From positions 135,562 through 159,561 of the forward strand of contig NZ_WTWX01000009.1 of assembly GCF_009870785.1 (NCBI RefSeq): a stretch of DNA of 24,000 bases, written 5' to 3'. Positions 1-8,589 of the stretch are shown piece by piece; the stretch's first letter is position 1, and the number at the start of each line of letters is the position of its first letter. Both the position numbers and the translations under genes were made by a program. The DNA is from Paenibacillus sp. An7. GTDB lineage: Bacteria > Bacillota > Bacilli > Paenibacillales > Paenibacillaceae. A model generated the notes under the pieces. That model was not told the DNA's origin and did not search any database. It was given only the letters and a program-made list of their open reading frames with translations.

Positions 1-1083
1 TCAGTAAATCCAGCGAATCAGAGTTCATCTTTTCAACGAGGTTATGATGATGGATATCTGCGCGGCCGCGCTCATTTTATAATGAACCGAGCAGTAGAAC
101 CTTTGCCTGTACGACCTCTACACGTCCTATATGTTTCCTCAGGTAAGGGATTTCCTTACTCGCCCCTGGACGAGGCAATAAGAGGGACGTTGCGAGACAT
201 GGTTACGAGTCTTCATACAGCAGAACCTCATGAACCCGTTGCAGAAATGGCAGCCTTGCTGAAGCCTGATCTCGTGCTGGTCTTAGATGGAATGTACTTT
301 CCGGTAGAACAGGTAGATGCCATCCGAAATCAAGGAATACGAACTGCAATTTGGCTGACAGATGATCCTTACTATACAGATATAACGCTAAATATTGCTC
401 CACGCTACGATTATGTATTCACACTTGAACTTAATTGCGTCGAGCTATATGAGAGTCATGGATGTCCAGAAGTGCATTATTTACCTTTTGCTGCTTACCT
501 CCCCCAGTTTCACCCGAGTAAGCTGCCTGCCCTTCATCGCAGAGATATCAGCTTCATTGGGTCAGGATATTGGAACCGTGTTAATTATTTCAATCCTCTC
601 CTCCCGCAAATGATGTCGCATCAAACCGTATTCAACGGAATATGGTGGGATCGACTCCCTGACTTTGAAAAATATAAACACAAGATTGAACTGAATCGCT
701 GGATGAGTCCAGATGAGACAAAAGATGTGTATAACGGAACAAAGATTGTGCTCAACTTACACCGTTCCCATGAAGACGATTCTGTAAATAATAATAGTCT
801 TAAAATCCCCGCTTTATCACCCAACCCTCGTACCTTTGAAATTTCAGCCTGTGCAACCCTGCAGCTTACTGATGCCAGAGGAGATTTAGCCCGTTTTTAT
901 AAACCTGGAGAAGAGATTGAAACATATGAGACAGCTGCTGAGATGATGGACAAAATTGAATACTATCTTGCTAATGAAGATAAACGGAGAGCTATTGCGC
1001 TGAGAGGGTTTGAACGCACTTGGAAAGAGCATTCCTATCATCACCGCATGGAGTCCCTGCTTCAGACGATATTCGGTTTATAG
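1..1083 (+). CDS. CgeB-family protein (spore-maturation / glycosyltransferase-like); 5' end probably lies outside the window
   Basis: The ORF-track ATG at 82 has no Shine-Dalgarno upstream, and frame 1 is stop-free from nt 1 (SVNPANQSSSFQRGYDDGYLRGRAHFI then MNRAVE...). The C-terminal segment NPRTFEISACATLQLTD...FYKPGEEIETYETAAEMMDKIEYYLANEDKRRAIALRGFERTWKEHSYHHRMESLL matches the CgeB / Glyco_trans_1_2 signature as I recall it. No alignment was run. Confidence 0.7.
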   Translation, partial: SVNPANQSSSFQRGYDDGYLRGRAHFIMNRAVEPLPVRPLHVLYVSSGKGFPYSPLDEAIRGTLRDMVTSLHTAEPHEPVAEMAALLKPDLVLVLDGMYFPVEQVDAIRNQGIRTAIWLTDDPYYTDITLNIAPRYDYVFTLELNCVELYESHGCPEVHYLPFAAYLPQFHPSKLPALHRRDISFIGSGYWNRVNYFNPLLPQMMSHQTVFNGIWWDRLPDFEKYKHKIELNRWMSPDETKDVYNGTKIVLNLHRSHEDDSVNNNSLKIPALSPNPRTFEISACATLQLTDARGDLARFYKPGEEIETYETAAEMMDKIEYYLANEDKRRAIALRGFERTWKEHSYHHRMESLLQTIFGL

Positions 1084-1270
1084 CGAGTATGCTGTAAATT
1101 ATGTGCGAATGATACGGTGCATATGTCGTGCCGTCATTTGCCGTATTTCATATATTGAGGTAGAGCCATTGAGCCATGATCCTTCAAGTGCACAATCGAA
1201 GGAGGTGAACAACGCACATCCTTTCACTCGCTACCTTTAGGTAAGAAAGCAGGAAGGTTGTACGCCCGAG

Positions 1271-2689
1271 ATGACACGAAAGCCAAAATTAATGTTATTC
1301 AGTCATATCAGTCACAGCCAAAGTATTACGGGGGCGGAAAAGCTGTTGTTGCGCTTTTGCCATGAAATGAATCCTTACTTTCGCTGTGTACTCGTGGTCC
1401 CTAATGAAGGAATGATCTCCCAGTTAGCTCGAAAGAATGGAATTCGGGTAAAAGTCCAGTCTTATGAACTGCTTCACAACATCTACACTCCCCATGAGGG
1501 GCTTAGACAAGAGGCAGATCAGTTAATGCATACCCCGTCTTCTTACGCTGTGATCCGTCTGTTGCAAAAAGAATCTCCTCAAATCGTACTCACGAATACC
1601 TGTGTAAATGCGGTACCTGCTATGGCAGCACGAATGCTTAACATCCCGGTGATTTGGAAAATTACCGAAACCATTACCCTGAACGCATACACGGGGGAAT
1701 CCATAAAGATCATTGATGAGTTCAGCAACTGGGTCATCGGCATCTCGCAAACGGTCTTTGAACCTTTACAAGGCGGCAATATCTCCGCAAAATCCACCAT
1801 ATTATCTCCCACATGGGATGCTTCTCTTGCTGCAATTCATCAGTGGAACGATCTTCGAGCATCAAGGCGCAGCATAATTGGACTATCCTCTGAACATTTC
1901 TGCATTGGTTATATTTCCACTTTTATATACGATGCCAAAGGGTTATTGCCTTTCGTACGAAGTGCTTTGTCTTTATGTGAATCATATCCCCATAGCAGGT
2001 TTTGGATTATAGGAAACCCCGTTGATGAGGACTATTATAACGAGTGTGTGAGAATGATCGCTGAATCGAGATTCCGCCATCAATTCATCTTTACTCCTTT
2101 TCTTGAACAAGTCAGCGAAGCGTACTGTGCGATGGATCTTACCGCCGTTCCGAGTATGGTCAAAGAGGGTTTTGGGATGACGGCACTGGAGAGTCTTTAC
2201 TTTGGAACACCGGTTGTTGCCTTTGGGCAGGGAGGTCTTCAGGAGATGATGGAGGCTGTCGGTAATTCGCATTTACTTGCTGAGCCGGGTAGTGCTACGG
2301 ACTTAGCAAGCAGGATGGCTGTCTGTATCCAAAATCCAGAGGAAACGGCACGGACGGGTGAACGGAGCAAAATAGCCGCAGAGCAGCGATACGGTGCAGA
2401 AACATATAAAAACCGTGCAGAAGATATGATTCGTCATCTCATGAGCCAATTCCCAGGTTGGTTTGGTATACCCTCAGCTCGTCTGCGAACTCATGCCAAA
2501 AAGCGTAAACCGGTGAAAAGTAAGAGAAAGATGGATCAGCAACGAAAGAAAAAAACGAACTCTTCGCGACTGAGAAAAATTGTTAAAAAATCTAGAAACA
2601 CCACGAAGATAAAGCCACTGAAGAAAAATAAAAGGAAGCAAACACGTTCTGTCATGAAGCCTCTGAGGTCTCAGAAAAAACGAAAATGA
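1271..2689 (+). CDS. GT4-type (Glycos_transf_1) glycosyltransferase with a 65-aa polybasic C-terminal tail
   Basis: 472-aa ORF. The GT-B C-terminal E-x7-E region is EGFGMTALESLYFGTPVVAFGQGGLQEMM. The tail HAKKRKPVKSKRK...RSQKKRK is encoded at 2492-2686. The SD-like AGGAAGG lies 13 nt before ATG 1271, which is long, so the start is somewhat uncertain (alternative ATG at 1292). Confidence 0.8.
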   Translation: MTRKPKLMLFSHISHSQSITGAEKLLLRFCHEMNPYFRCVLVVPNEGMISQLARKNGIRVKVQSYELLHNIYTPHEGLRQEADQLMHTPSSYAVIRLLQKESPQIVLTNTCVNAVPAMAARMLNIPVIWKITETITLNAYTGESIKIIDEFSNWVIGISQTVFEPLQGGNISAKSTILSPTWDASLAAIHQWNDLRASRRSIIGLSSEHFCIGYISTFIYDAKGLLPFVRSALSLCESYPHSRFWIIGNPVDEDYYNECVRMIAESRFRHQFIFTPFLEQVSEAYCAMDLTAVPSMVKEGFGMTALESLYFGTPVVAFGQGGLQEMMEAVGNSHLLAEPGSATDLASRMAVCIQNPEETARTGERSKIAAEQRYGAETYKNRAEDMIRHLMSQFPGWFGIPSARLRTHAKKRKPVKSKRKMDQQRKKKTNSSRLRKIVKKSRNTTKIKPLKKNKRKQTRSVMKPLRSQKKRK

Positions 2690-2713
2690 CTTCATGAAAA
2701 AGGAGGGGTCACC

Positions 2714-3805
2714 TTGAAGATTATGACGGTACTTGGAACAAGGCCGGAAATTATCCGGCTAAGTCTTATTATTCCTAAGCTGGACCGTTATGCAGATCGT
2801 CACATCCTTGTGCATACAGGACAGAATTTCACAGAAAGTCTCAGCGGTCAATTTTTTAAAGAATTAGGCCTGCGATCTCCAGATTATGTACTTCAGGATG
2901 AAGCAGCTACGCTTGGTGAGCAATTGTCTGCGATGTTCAGTCAGCTGGAAAAAATTCTGGTTCAAGAAAAGCCGGATAAAATCTTGCTGCTAGGAGATAC
3001 GAACAGTGCTTTATCGGCCATTCTTGCGGAGAGAATGGGTATACCGGTCATTCACATGGAAGCAGGGAATCGGTGTTATGACCTCGATGTACCCGAAGAG
3101 AAAAACCGCCGGGTAATTGATGCCATATCAAGCATTAATATGCCTTATACAGAACAAAGCAAAGCACACTTAATCCGGGAAGGTGTCCCTAGTCAGCGAA
3201 TCGTGCTCACGGGCAATCCCATATATGAAGTAATGAAGCATTATGAAAATCGTATGCTGGAAAGCAAGATTATGGAGAAATTAGGGCTTGAAAAAGGAGA
3301 GTACTTTCTCGTTACAGCCCACCGTGCAGAAAATGTAGATCATCCCGCGCATTTAGCAGCTATTATGACAGGACTCAACCTCGTAGCAGAGAAACATGAA
3401 AAACGGATTATTTGTAGTATTCATCCTCGTACAGCAGCACGGATTAAAGAACACTTGAAGCTGACGATGCATCCCCTAGTAGAATTTCATGAGCCTTTTG
3501 GATTTTTTGATTTTCTTCTATTGGAGCAAAATGCATGCTGCGCCTTAACGGACAGCGGAACGGTCCAGGAAGAGTGCTGCATTATGGGAGTGCCTACCGT
3601 GACCATGCGTAAGACGACAGAACGGCCAGAGACCGTCGATTGCGGAAGTAACATTGTATCAGGGCTTGAAGCAGACCGCATTGCTGCATCCGCAGCGCTG
3701 ATGATGGAACTAAATCGTTCCTGGGAGTGTCCAAAAGGGTATCTCGTTAAAGATGTATCGGATAAAGTAGTTAAATTTCTGCTTGGAGGGAAGCTGCATG
3801 TTTGA
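2714..3805 (+). CDS. Non-hydrolysing UDP-N-acetylhexosamine 2-epimerase, Cap5G/FnlC/WbvD type
   Basis: TTG start 7 nt after GGAGG. Motifs MKIMTVLGTRPEIIRLS, ILVHTGQNF, LGLRSPDY and IHMEAGNRC are typical of the Cap5G/FnlC branch of the WecB family. Confidence 0.85.
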   Translation: MKIMTVLGTRPEIIRLSLIIPKLDRYADRHILVHTGQNFTESLSGQFFKELGLRSPDYVLQDEAATLGEQLSAMFSQLEKILVQEKPDKILLLGDTNSALSAILAERMGIPVIHMEAGNRCYDLDVPEEKNRRVIDAISSINMPYTEQSKAHLIREGVPSQRIVLTGNPIYEVMKHYENRMLESKIMEKLGLEKGEYFLVTAHRAENVDHPAHLAAIMTGLNLVAEKHEKRIICSIHPRTAARIKEHLKLTMHPLVEFHEPFGFFDFLLLEQNACCALTDSGTVQEECCIMGVPTVTMRKTTERPETVDCGSNIVSGLEADRIAASAALMMELNRSWECPKGYLVKDVSDKVVKFLLGGKLHV

Positions 3806-4784
3806 AAATCAACGTATTCTCGTTACCGGAGGTACCGGTTCATGGGGGCATGAATTAATCACTCAATTACTGACTTTAAATCCCAAGGAAGTCATCGTAT
3901 ATTCTCGCGGTGAATCGAGTCAAGTAGCCATGAGCCGTGAATTTGAAGACAGCCGCCTCAGTTTTTGTATCGGAGATATCAGGGATAAGGAAGCCCTCGT
4001 TGCCGCTTGTAAAGAAGTGGATTATGTATATCATCTAGCAGCGCTGAAACATGTCCCTGTCTGCGAAGATCAGCCTTATGAAGCGCTGAAAACCAATGTC
4101 ATTGGTACTCAAAATGTGATTGAGGCAGCGGTAGAGAATGAAGTAAAGAAAGTAATCTATATCTCCACGGATAAAGCAGCAAACCCATCGAACTTTTATG
4201 GAATGACAAAGGCGATTGGAGAAAAGCTGATTGTATATGCGAACTTGCTTCGCAGCAAAACAGCATTCGTAACCGTGCGGGGCGGTAATGTTCTGGGTAC
4301 GAACGGAAGTGTAGTCCATCTGTTTAAGGATCAGATTAAAAATAAAGGCGTAGTATCGATTACGGATATGGAGATGACACGATTCTTCCTTACGCTGCGC
4401 GATGCGATATCGCTTTTATTTGATGCTTCTGTAAAAAGTGTGGGCGGTGAAATTTTTGTAATGACGATGCCTACCTGCAAAATTGTAGATCTAGCAGAAG
4501 TATTAATCGAAGATGCAGGAATATCTGGTGTTCAGATCGTGGAACGAGGTACTCGGCCGGGAGAAAAAATTCACGAAATCCTGATGAGTGAGTTCGAGAG
4601 TAGAACAACCGTTGTTTATGATGAAAAATACCTTGTCATTCTTCCGACAATTAATCTGCCTGAACTAAAAGAACACTATAAATACTACGAGCCGGTGACC
4701 TTCTCCAGCTTCAGTTCGGAATTTAATCTGATGTCGAAAGAGGAGATTAAGGAAATCCTGCAGCGCGGGGGGTTCCTTGGATGA
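3798..4784 (+). CDS. UDP-GlcNAc 4,6-dehydratase, short CapD-family SDR (PseB/FlaA1/CapE/FnlA-like)
   Basis: I prefer ATG 3798 (GGAGGG at 3785-3790, 7-nt spacer; 8-nt overlap with the upstream stop) to the ORF-track TTG at 3783. Motifs: VTGGTGSWG Rossmann fold, ISTDKAANPSNFYGMTKAIGEKL (STDKA and Y-x3-K). Confidence 0.8.
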   Translation: MFENQRILVTGGTGSWGHELITQLLTLNPKEVIVYSRGESSQVAMSREFEDSRLSFCIGDIRDKEALVAACKEVDYVYHLAALKHVPVCEDQPYEALKTNVIGTQNVIEAAVENEVKKVIYISTDKAANPSNFYGMTKAIGEKLIVYANLLRSKTAFVTVRGGNVLGTNGSVVHLFKDQIKNKGVVSITDMEMTRFFLTLRDAISLLFDASVKSVGGEIFVMTMPTCKIVDLAEVLIEDAGISGVQIVERGTRPGEKIHEILMSEFESRTTVVYDEKYLVILPTINLPELKEHYKYYEPVTFSSFSSEFNLMSKEEIKEILQRGGFLG

Positions 4785-5611
4785 AACTGCTCATAATTGG
4801 TGGCCAGGGTATGGCAGGCCACATGATGGTTCAATATTTTAAGCAACAAGGAAAACACACGGTGTTCTATACATCTCGTAATAAGAAAGATCCGAATGGA
4901 CTAATCCTGGATGTGAATGATATTCACAGTGTCGATCTGCTCGTAAAAGCGGTTCAACCTGATGTCATTATCAATGCAGTGGGGATTTTAAATCAATATG
5001 CAGAAAAAAATATAATTCAAGCCTACCATGTTAATGGCTTTTTACCGCACCGCCTTGCGAATCTGGCTGATCAAATCGGTGCAAGACTCATTCATATCAG
5101 CACAGATTGTGTATTCAAAGGGGACCGGTCAGGAGGATATACAGAAGAGGATTTACCAGATGGAGATACGATATATGCGATTACTAAATCACTCGGGGAA
5201 GTTTGTTCCCCGGGTCATCTTACGATACGTACCTCCATCATTGGACCGGAAGTCCGGAAGAACGGGATCGGTCTCATGCATTGGTTCTTTCAGCAAAAAG
5301 GGGTTGTGCAAGGGTATGCGAAAGCAAGGTGGAATGGAGTGACTACACTCATGCTTGCTAAGGTGGTGGATGAGTACATGACTTCAAAAGTGTCGGGTCT
5401 GATTCACCTGGCTCATCCTGAACCCGTATCGAAGTATGAGTTATTATTGCTTTTTAAAGAAATATGGGATCTCAAAGAAACAGTAATCGTCCCCAATAGT
5501 TCGTTTGTACAGGATCGAACCCTCGCTGTCACTCGGGAGGATGTAAACCCTATTCTGCCGTCTTATCGTGACATGCTGAAGGAGTTGAAGGAATGGATAC
5601 AACAAGGCTGA
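4781..5611 (+). CDS. RmlD-like NAD(P)H sugar-nucleotide 4-keto reductase
   Basis: ATGA start/stop overlap with the upstream gene. Motifs: IIGGQGMAGH glycine-rich fold, ISTDCVFKG (RmlD STDYVF-G motif), YAITKSLGE (Y-x3-K). The 276-aa size fits RmlD/WbvR-type reductases rather than Cap5F/FnlB (~370 aa). Confidence 0.65.
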   Translation: MKLLIIGGQGMAGHMMVQYFKQQGKHTVFYTSRNKKDPNGLILDVNDIHSVDLLVKAVQPDVIINAVGILNQYAEKNIIQAYHVNGFLPHRLANLADQIGARLIHISTDCVFKGDRSGGYTEEDLPDGDTIYAITKSLGEVCSPGHLTIRTSIIGPEVRKNGIGLMHWFFQQKGVVQGYAKARWNGVTTLMLAKVVDEYMTSKVSGLIHLAHPEPVSKYELLLLFKEIWDLKETVIVPNSSFVQDRTLAVTREDVNPILPSYRDMLKELKEWIQQG

Positions 5612-6552
5612 AAGACAAAGTCGTGCTGGTAACCGGTGCTTCTGGATTTACAGGCCGGCATGCAGTTCAGCTGCTACGTGCCTGTGGAGCAAAGGTTGCG
5701 GCCGTCACCCGGTCACTTACTGCAGATTTGCAAGATGATCAGGTAATCTTCCATTTATGTGACCTCCGAGATCGTCAAGCCGTAAATCGGCTGGTGGTTC
5801 GTACTCAGCCTGATTATATCTTACATCTAGCAGGTCAGAATTCCGTACCTGTCTCCTGGGCAGACCCCGTGTCTACGATTGAAATGAATGTGATGTCCCC
5901 GCTTTATCTGCTCGATGCCATGCGAACACTGCCCGAATGCCGGGCAGTCATCGTTGGTTCACGTCTCAAATACATTCCTGTCCCAGATCTCCCGCTATCG
6001 CCTCCTCATCCTTATAGTCTCAGTAAGTACATGGAGGAACTCGTTTCTATGTCATTTTCATCGATGTATAGTCAGCAGATGATCTACGCCGAACCAGGAA
6101 ATCTAATTGGGCCCGGTCCTTCCACTGGGATATGTTCATTACTTGCTGCCCATGTGGTTTCGGCTGAACAAGGAGAAAATCCTAATCCTTTCCGCCTATC
6201 ATCCCGTGATGATGCTCGTGATTATTTAGATGTGCGGGATGCCGTTCAGGCATATCTTGCGCTTTTGCTGAATGGAGAGCCAGGCAGAATCTATCCTGTT
6301 ATTTCAGGGAAAGAAAGAACGCTTGGAGAGATCGCTGACTTACTCCTTTCTTATACAAAAGCGCAGGTACCTCTGCTCTGGGGAGCGCCTTCTTCTGGTC
6401 CTGGAGGTGTCTCTGCTGTAGAGAATGATTCTGATTCCTGCACTTCTCTTACCAAATTAGGATGGAAACCAGAAATTCCATTTGCCTCTTCTATAGAGGA
6501 TGTATTGCAGGATCACCGCCATCGCCGTAGTAAGGAAGGAGGGCAAGCATGA
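5593..6552 (+). CDS. NAD-dependent epimerase/dehydratase family SDR; substrate unknown
   Basis: ATG 8 nt after GGAG, with a 19-nt overlap on the upstream gene. Motifs: VTGASGFTGRH Rossmann fold, YSLSKYMEE (Y-x3-K). Confidence 0.7.
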   Translation: MDTTRLKDKVVLVTGASGFTGRHAVQLLRACGAKVAAVTRSLTADLQDDQVIFHLCDLRDRQAVNRLVVRTQPDYILHLAGQNSVPVSWADPVSTIEMNVMSPLYLLDAMRTLPECRAVIVGSRLKYIPVPDLPLSPPHPYSLSKYMEELVSMSFSSMYSQQMIYAEPGNLIGPGPSTGICSLLAAHVVSAEQGENPNPFRLSSRDDARDYLDVRDAVQAYLALLLNGEPGRIYPVISGKERTLGEIADLLLSYTKAQVPLLWGAPSSGPGGVSAVENDSDSCTSLTKLGWKPEIPFASSIEDVLQDHRHRRSKEGGQA

Positions 6553-7271
6553 ATTCGCTCCCTCTGGTCACGGTGGTCATTCCTTTCTATAACTGTCCCT
6601 ATATCTCGCAAGCCATTCGAAGTGCACTCAGCCAAACGTATTCTATGGTAGAAATCATCGTAGTGGATGACGGATCTACACAGTATACGGAACAAATCCA
6701 TCCCTATCTGCCTTTTATTTATTATCTTGGTAAGGCGAATGGCGGAACGGCATCCGCACTCAATCACGGAATTCGGTATGCCTCTGGAGAGTACATCGTT
6801 TGGCTCAGCTCGGATGACCGGTTCTATCCAGAGAAAATAGAGAAACAAGTACAGTTTATGATGAATCAGCAGGCTGTCATTTCTCATACCAATTTTAACT
6901 ATATTAATGAAGATAACAGTGTAACCCAATACCGTGCCGGCATTTCCCCAATGACAGAAAAGGAAATGCTGCGAGTTTTTCTTACGGGGAATCCGGTGAA
7001 TGGATGTACGGTTATGTTTCATAAATCACTAGCTCAGAACATCGGATTATTCGATGAATCTCTTCCTTATACGCATGATTATGATTTATGGTACCGTGTT
7101 CTGCTGAAGGGATATTCGTTTCCCTATTTAACGGAACCGCTGACGGCCTACCGTAAACACCATGGAATGGGGTCTGTAAAATATGCAGATGCAATCCAGC
7201 AAGAAATTCGAATGATTCAAAAGAGGTATGCAGAACAGATTCAGCAGATGATTCAAGTGCAAGGACTGTAG
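6549..7271 (+). CDS. GT2 family glycosyltransferase (paralog A)
   Basis: ATGA overlap with the upstream stop, and GGAGGG 5 nt upstream. Motifs: VTVVIPFYNCPYISQAIRSALSQTY, EIIVVDDGST, WLSSDD (DXD-type). Confidence 0.85.
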   Translation: MNSLPLVTVVIPFYNCPYISQAIRSALSQTYSMVEIIVVDDGSTQYTEQIHPYLPFIYYLGKANGGTASALNHGIRYASGEYIVWLSSDDRFYPEKIEKQVQFMMNQQAVISHTNFNYINEDNSVTQYRAGISPMTEKEMLRVFLTGNPVNGCTVMFHKSLAQNIGLFDESLPYTHDYDLWYRVLLKGYSFPYLTEPLTAYRKHHGMGSVKYADAIQQEIRMIQKRYAEQIQQMIQVQGL

Positions 7272-7287
7272 GGAAGGGGGAAAGCGA

Positions 7288-7869
7288 GTGTATCATGAAA
7301 TACAGAAGACTGATTTTTTACCATTACTCAGTGAATTACTTCGGTTCTCAGATAGTGTGCTTGATGTTGGCAGCGGTCTAGGTGTTTTACTAGAATATTA
7401 CGAGTCCAGGCTCATAGTAGCACTGGATATCCACCGGCCCTATCTGGAACATCGCGTCTACCGAGCTCCACATGTCATCCCCCTGAATGCAGATGCGAAA
7501 ATATTAGATCAATTATTTCTTCCTAATTCATTTTCTGCGGTAACCATGATTGACTCTTTGGAACACTTTACAAAAGAAGATGGAACCTCCATCCTTCAGC
7601 AAGCCGAAAAAATCGCCAAGAATCGGATTATTATTTTTACACCGCGCGGCTTTTTTCCTCAAGAAGGAGTCGATCACTACAACTTACAGGGTGAAGTGTA
7701 TCAAAATCATTACAGTGGTTGGGAAGCAGAGGAACTTGAAAGCATTGGATATCAGGTCATTATCCTTAAAGGATTTCACAATCAAAAGAACCCCTCTTTC
7801 GAGGAGTCGTATGGAACAGAACATGAGCCTGTTGATGCCCTATTGGCCTGGAAGATCCTTGATGAGTAA
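7288..7869 (+). CDS. Class I SAM-dependent methyltransferase
   Basis: GTG start 7 nt after a G-rich SD (GGGAAGGGGG). Motif I is VLDVGSGLG, with the acidic post-I ALDI and motif II-like AVTMIDSLEH. Confidence 0.7.
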   Translation: MYHEIQKTDFLPLLSELLRFSDSVLDVGSGLGVLLEYYESRLIVALDIHRPYLEHRVYRAPHVIPLNADAKILDQLFLPNSFSAVTMIDSLEHFTKEDGTSILQQAEKIAKNRIIIFTPRGFFPQEGVDHYNLQGEVYQNHYSGWEAEELESIGYQVIILKGFHNQKNPSFEESYGTEHEPVDALLAWKILDE

Positions 7870-7887
7870 AAGTGAGGTGAGATGCTT

Positions 7888-8589
7888 GTGAATAGCAAAC
7901 CTGTCGTGACCATCGTCATTCCCTTTTATAATTGCAAATATATTGGAGAAGCCATCGAGAGTGCTTTACAGCAAACCTATAACCATATTGAAGTTATTGT
8001 TGTAGATGATGGATCAACTCAGCATACAGAACTCATTACACCTTATAAAGATCAAATTCGCTATATCCGTAAAGTGAATGGCGGGACAGCTACGGCACTA
8101 AATACAGGAATTGTACATGCGAAGGGGCAGTATTTTGCCTGGCTGAGCAGTGATGATGCCTTTCTTCCCCATAAAGTGGAGACACAAGTGAATTATATGC
8201 TTGAAAAAGGCTTATCTTTTACCCAATCGGCTTATCATTATATGAATTCACTTAGTGAGCAGACTGAAACGATCTATCCGAAACTCGGAAGCAGGTCAGA
8301 CATGATTCATACTCTTTTATCGTATTGTCCGATCAACGGTTGTTCCGTCATGCTCGGTATGCAGGTATTCGGTAAAGTAGGACTGTTCAATCCGAACTTT
8401 CGCTATGCACATGATTATGAGATGTGGCTCAGATTACTTCCGTATTATGAACTTGGATGCGTGGATATCCCGCTGATCAAGTATCGGATGCACGAACAGA
8501 TGGGGACTGCAAGACATATGGAAGAGATCGAAAAAGAGGTAGCTGCCATTCAGAATCTTCATCGGTCTGCTTTGCTATCTTTACTGTGA
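7888..8589 (+). CDS. GT2 family glycosyltransferase (paralog B)
   Basis: I prefer in-frame GTG 7888 (GAGGTG at 7874-7879, 8-nt spacer) to ATG 7882, which is only 2 nt from the SD. It gives (M)NSKPVVTIVIPFYN, parallel to the paralog A start MNSLPLVTVVIPFYN. Motifs: EVIVVDDGST, WLSSDD. Confidence 0.85.
   Translation: MNSKPVVTIVIPFYNCKYIGEAIESALQQTYNHIEVIVVDDGSTQHTELITPYKDQIRYIRKVNGGTATALNTGIVHAKGQYFAWLSSDDAFLPHKVETQVNYMLEKGLSFTQSAYHYMNSLSEQTETIYPKLGSRSDMIHTLLSYCPINGCSVMLGMQVFGKVGLFNPNFRYAHDYEMWLRLLPYYELGCVDIPLIKYRMHEQMGTARHMEEIEKEVAAIQNLHRSALLSLL

Noticed and set aside
1010-1240. 76-aa ORF spanning the cgeB-like stop and the 187-nt gap before the GT4 gene; also SD-like GGAGGTG at 1201-1207
   Set aside because: The ORF starts inside the upstream CDS in another frame. 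The SD-like element is not followed by any ATG/GTG/TTG within 5-12 nt.
1084-1270. Search for sporulation sigma (SigK AC-N16/17-CATAnnnTA, SigE ..ATA..-CATACAnT) promoters in the gap, which would support a spore role
   Set aside because: Only partial -10-like strings turned up (CATATGTC at 1120, CATATATTG at 1149), with no correctly spaced -35 element. This cannot be supported by eye, and the true operon promoter probably lies upstream of the window.
2492-2686. A6-A7 homopolymer runs in the DNA encoding the polybasic tail, as possible slippage or phase-variation sites
   Set aside because: A-runs are an automatic consequence of AAA/AAG Lys codons. The frame is intact, and there is no evidence of variability from a single sequence.
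5028-5342. 104-aa + strand out-of-frame ORF inside the RmlD-like gene; similarly 7550-7891 inside the methyltransferase gene and 20057-20281 antisense to the GT4 tail
   Set aside because: They have no SD or start context, and the host frames carry the catalytic motifs. I treat them as chance ORFs.
6513-7022. 169-aa minus-strand ORF overlapping the end of the SDR gene and the GT2 gene
   Set aside because: It is antisense to two well-supported genes, has no SD and no recognisable motifs, and its composition is typical of a shadow ORF.
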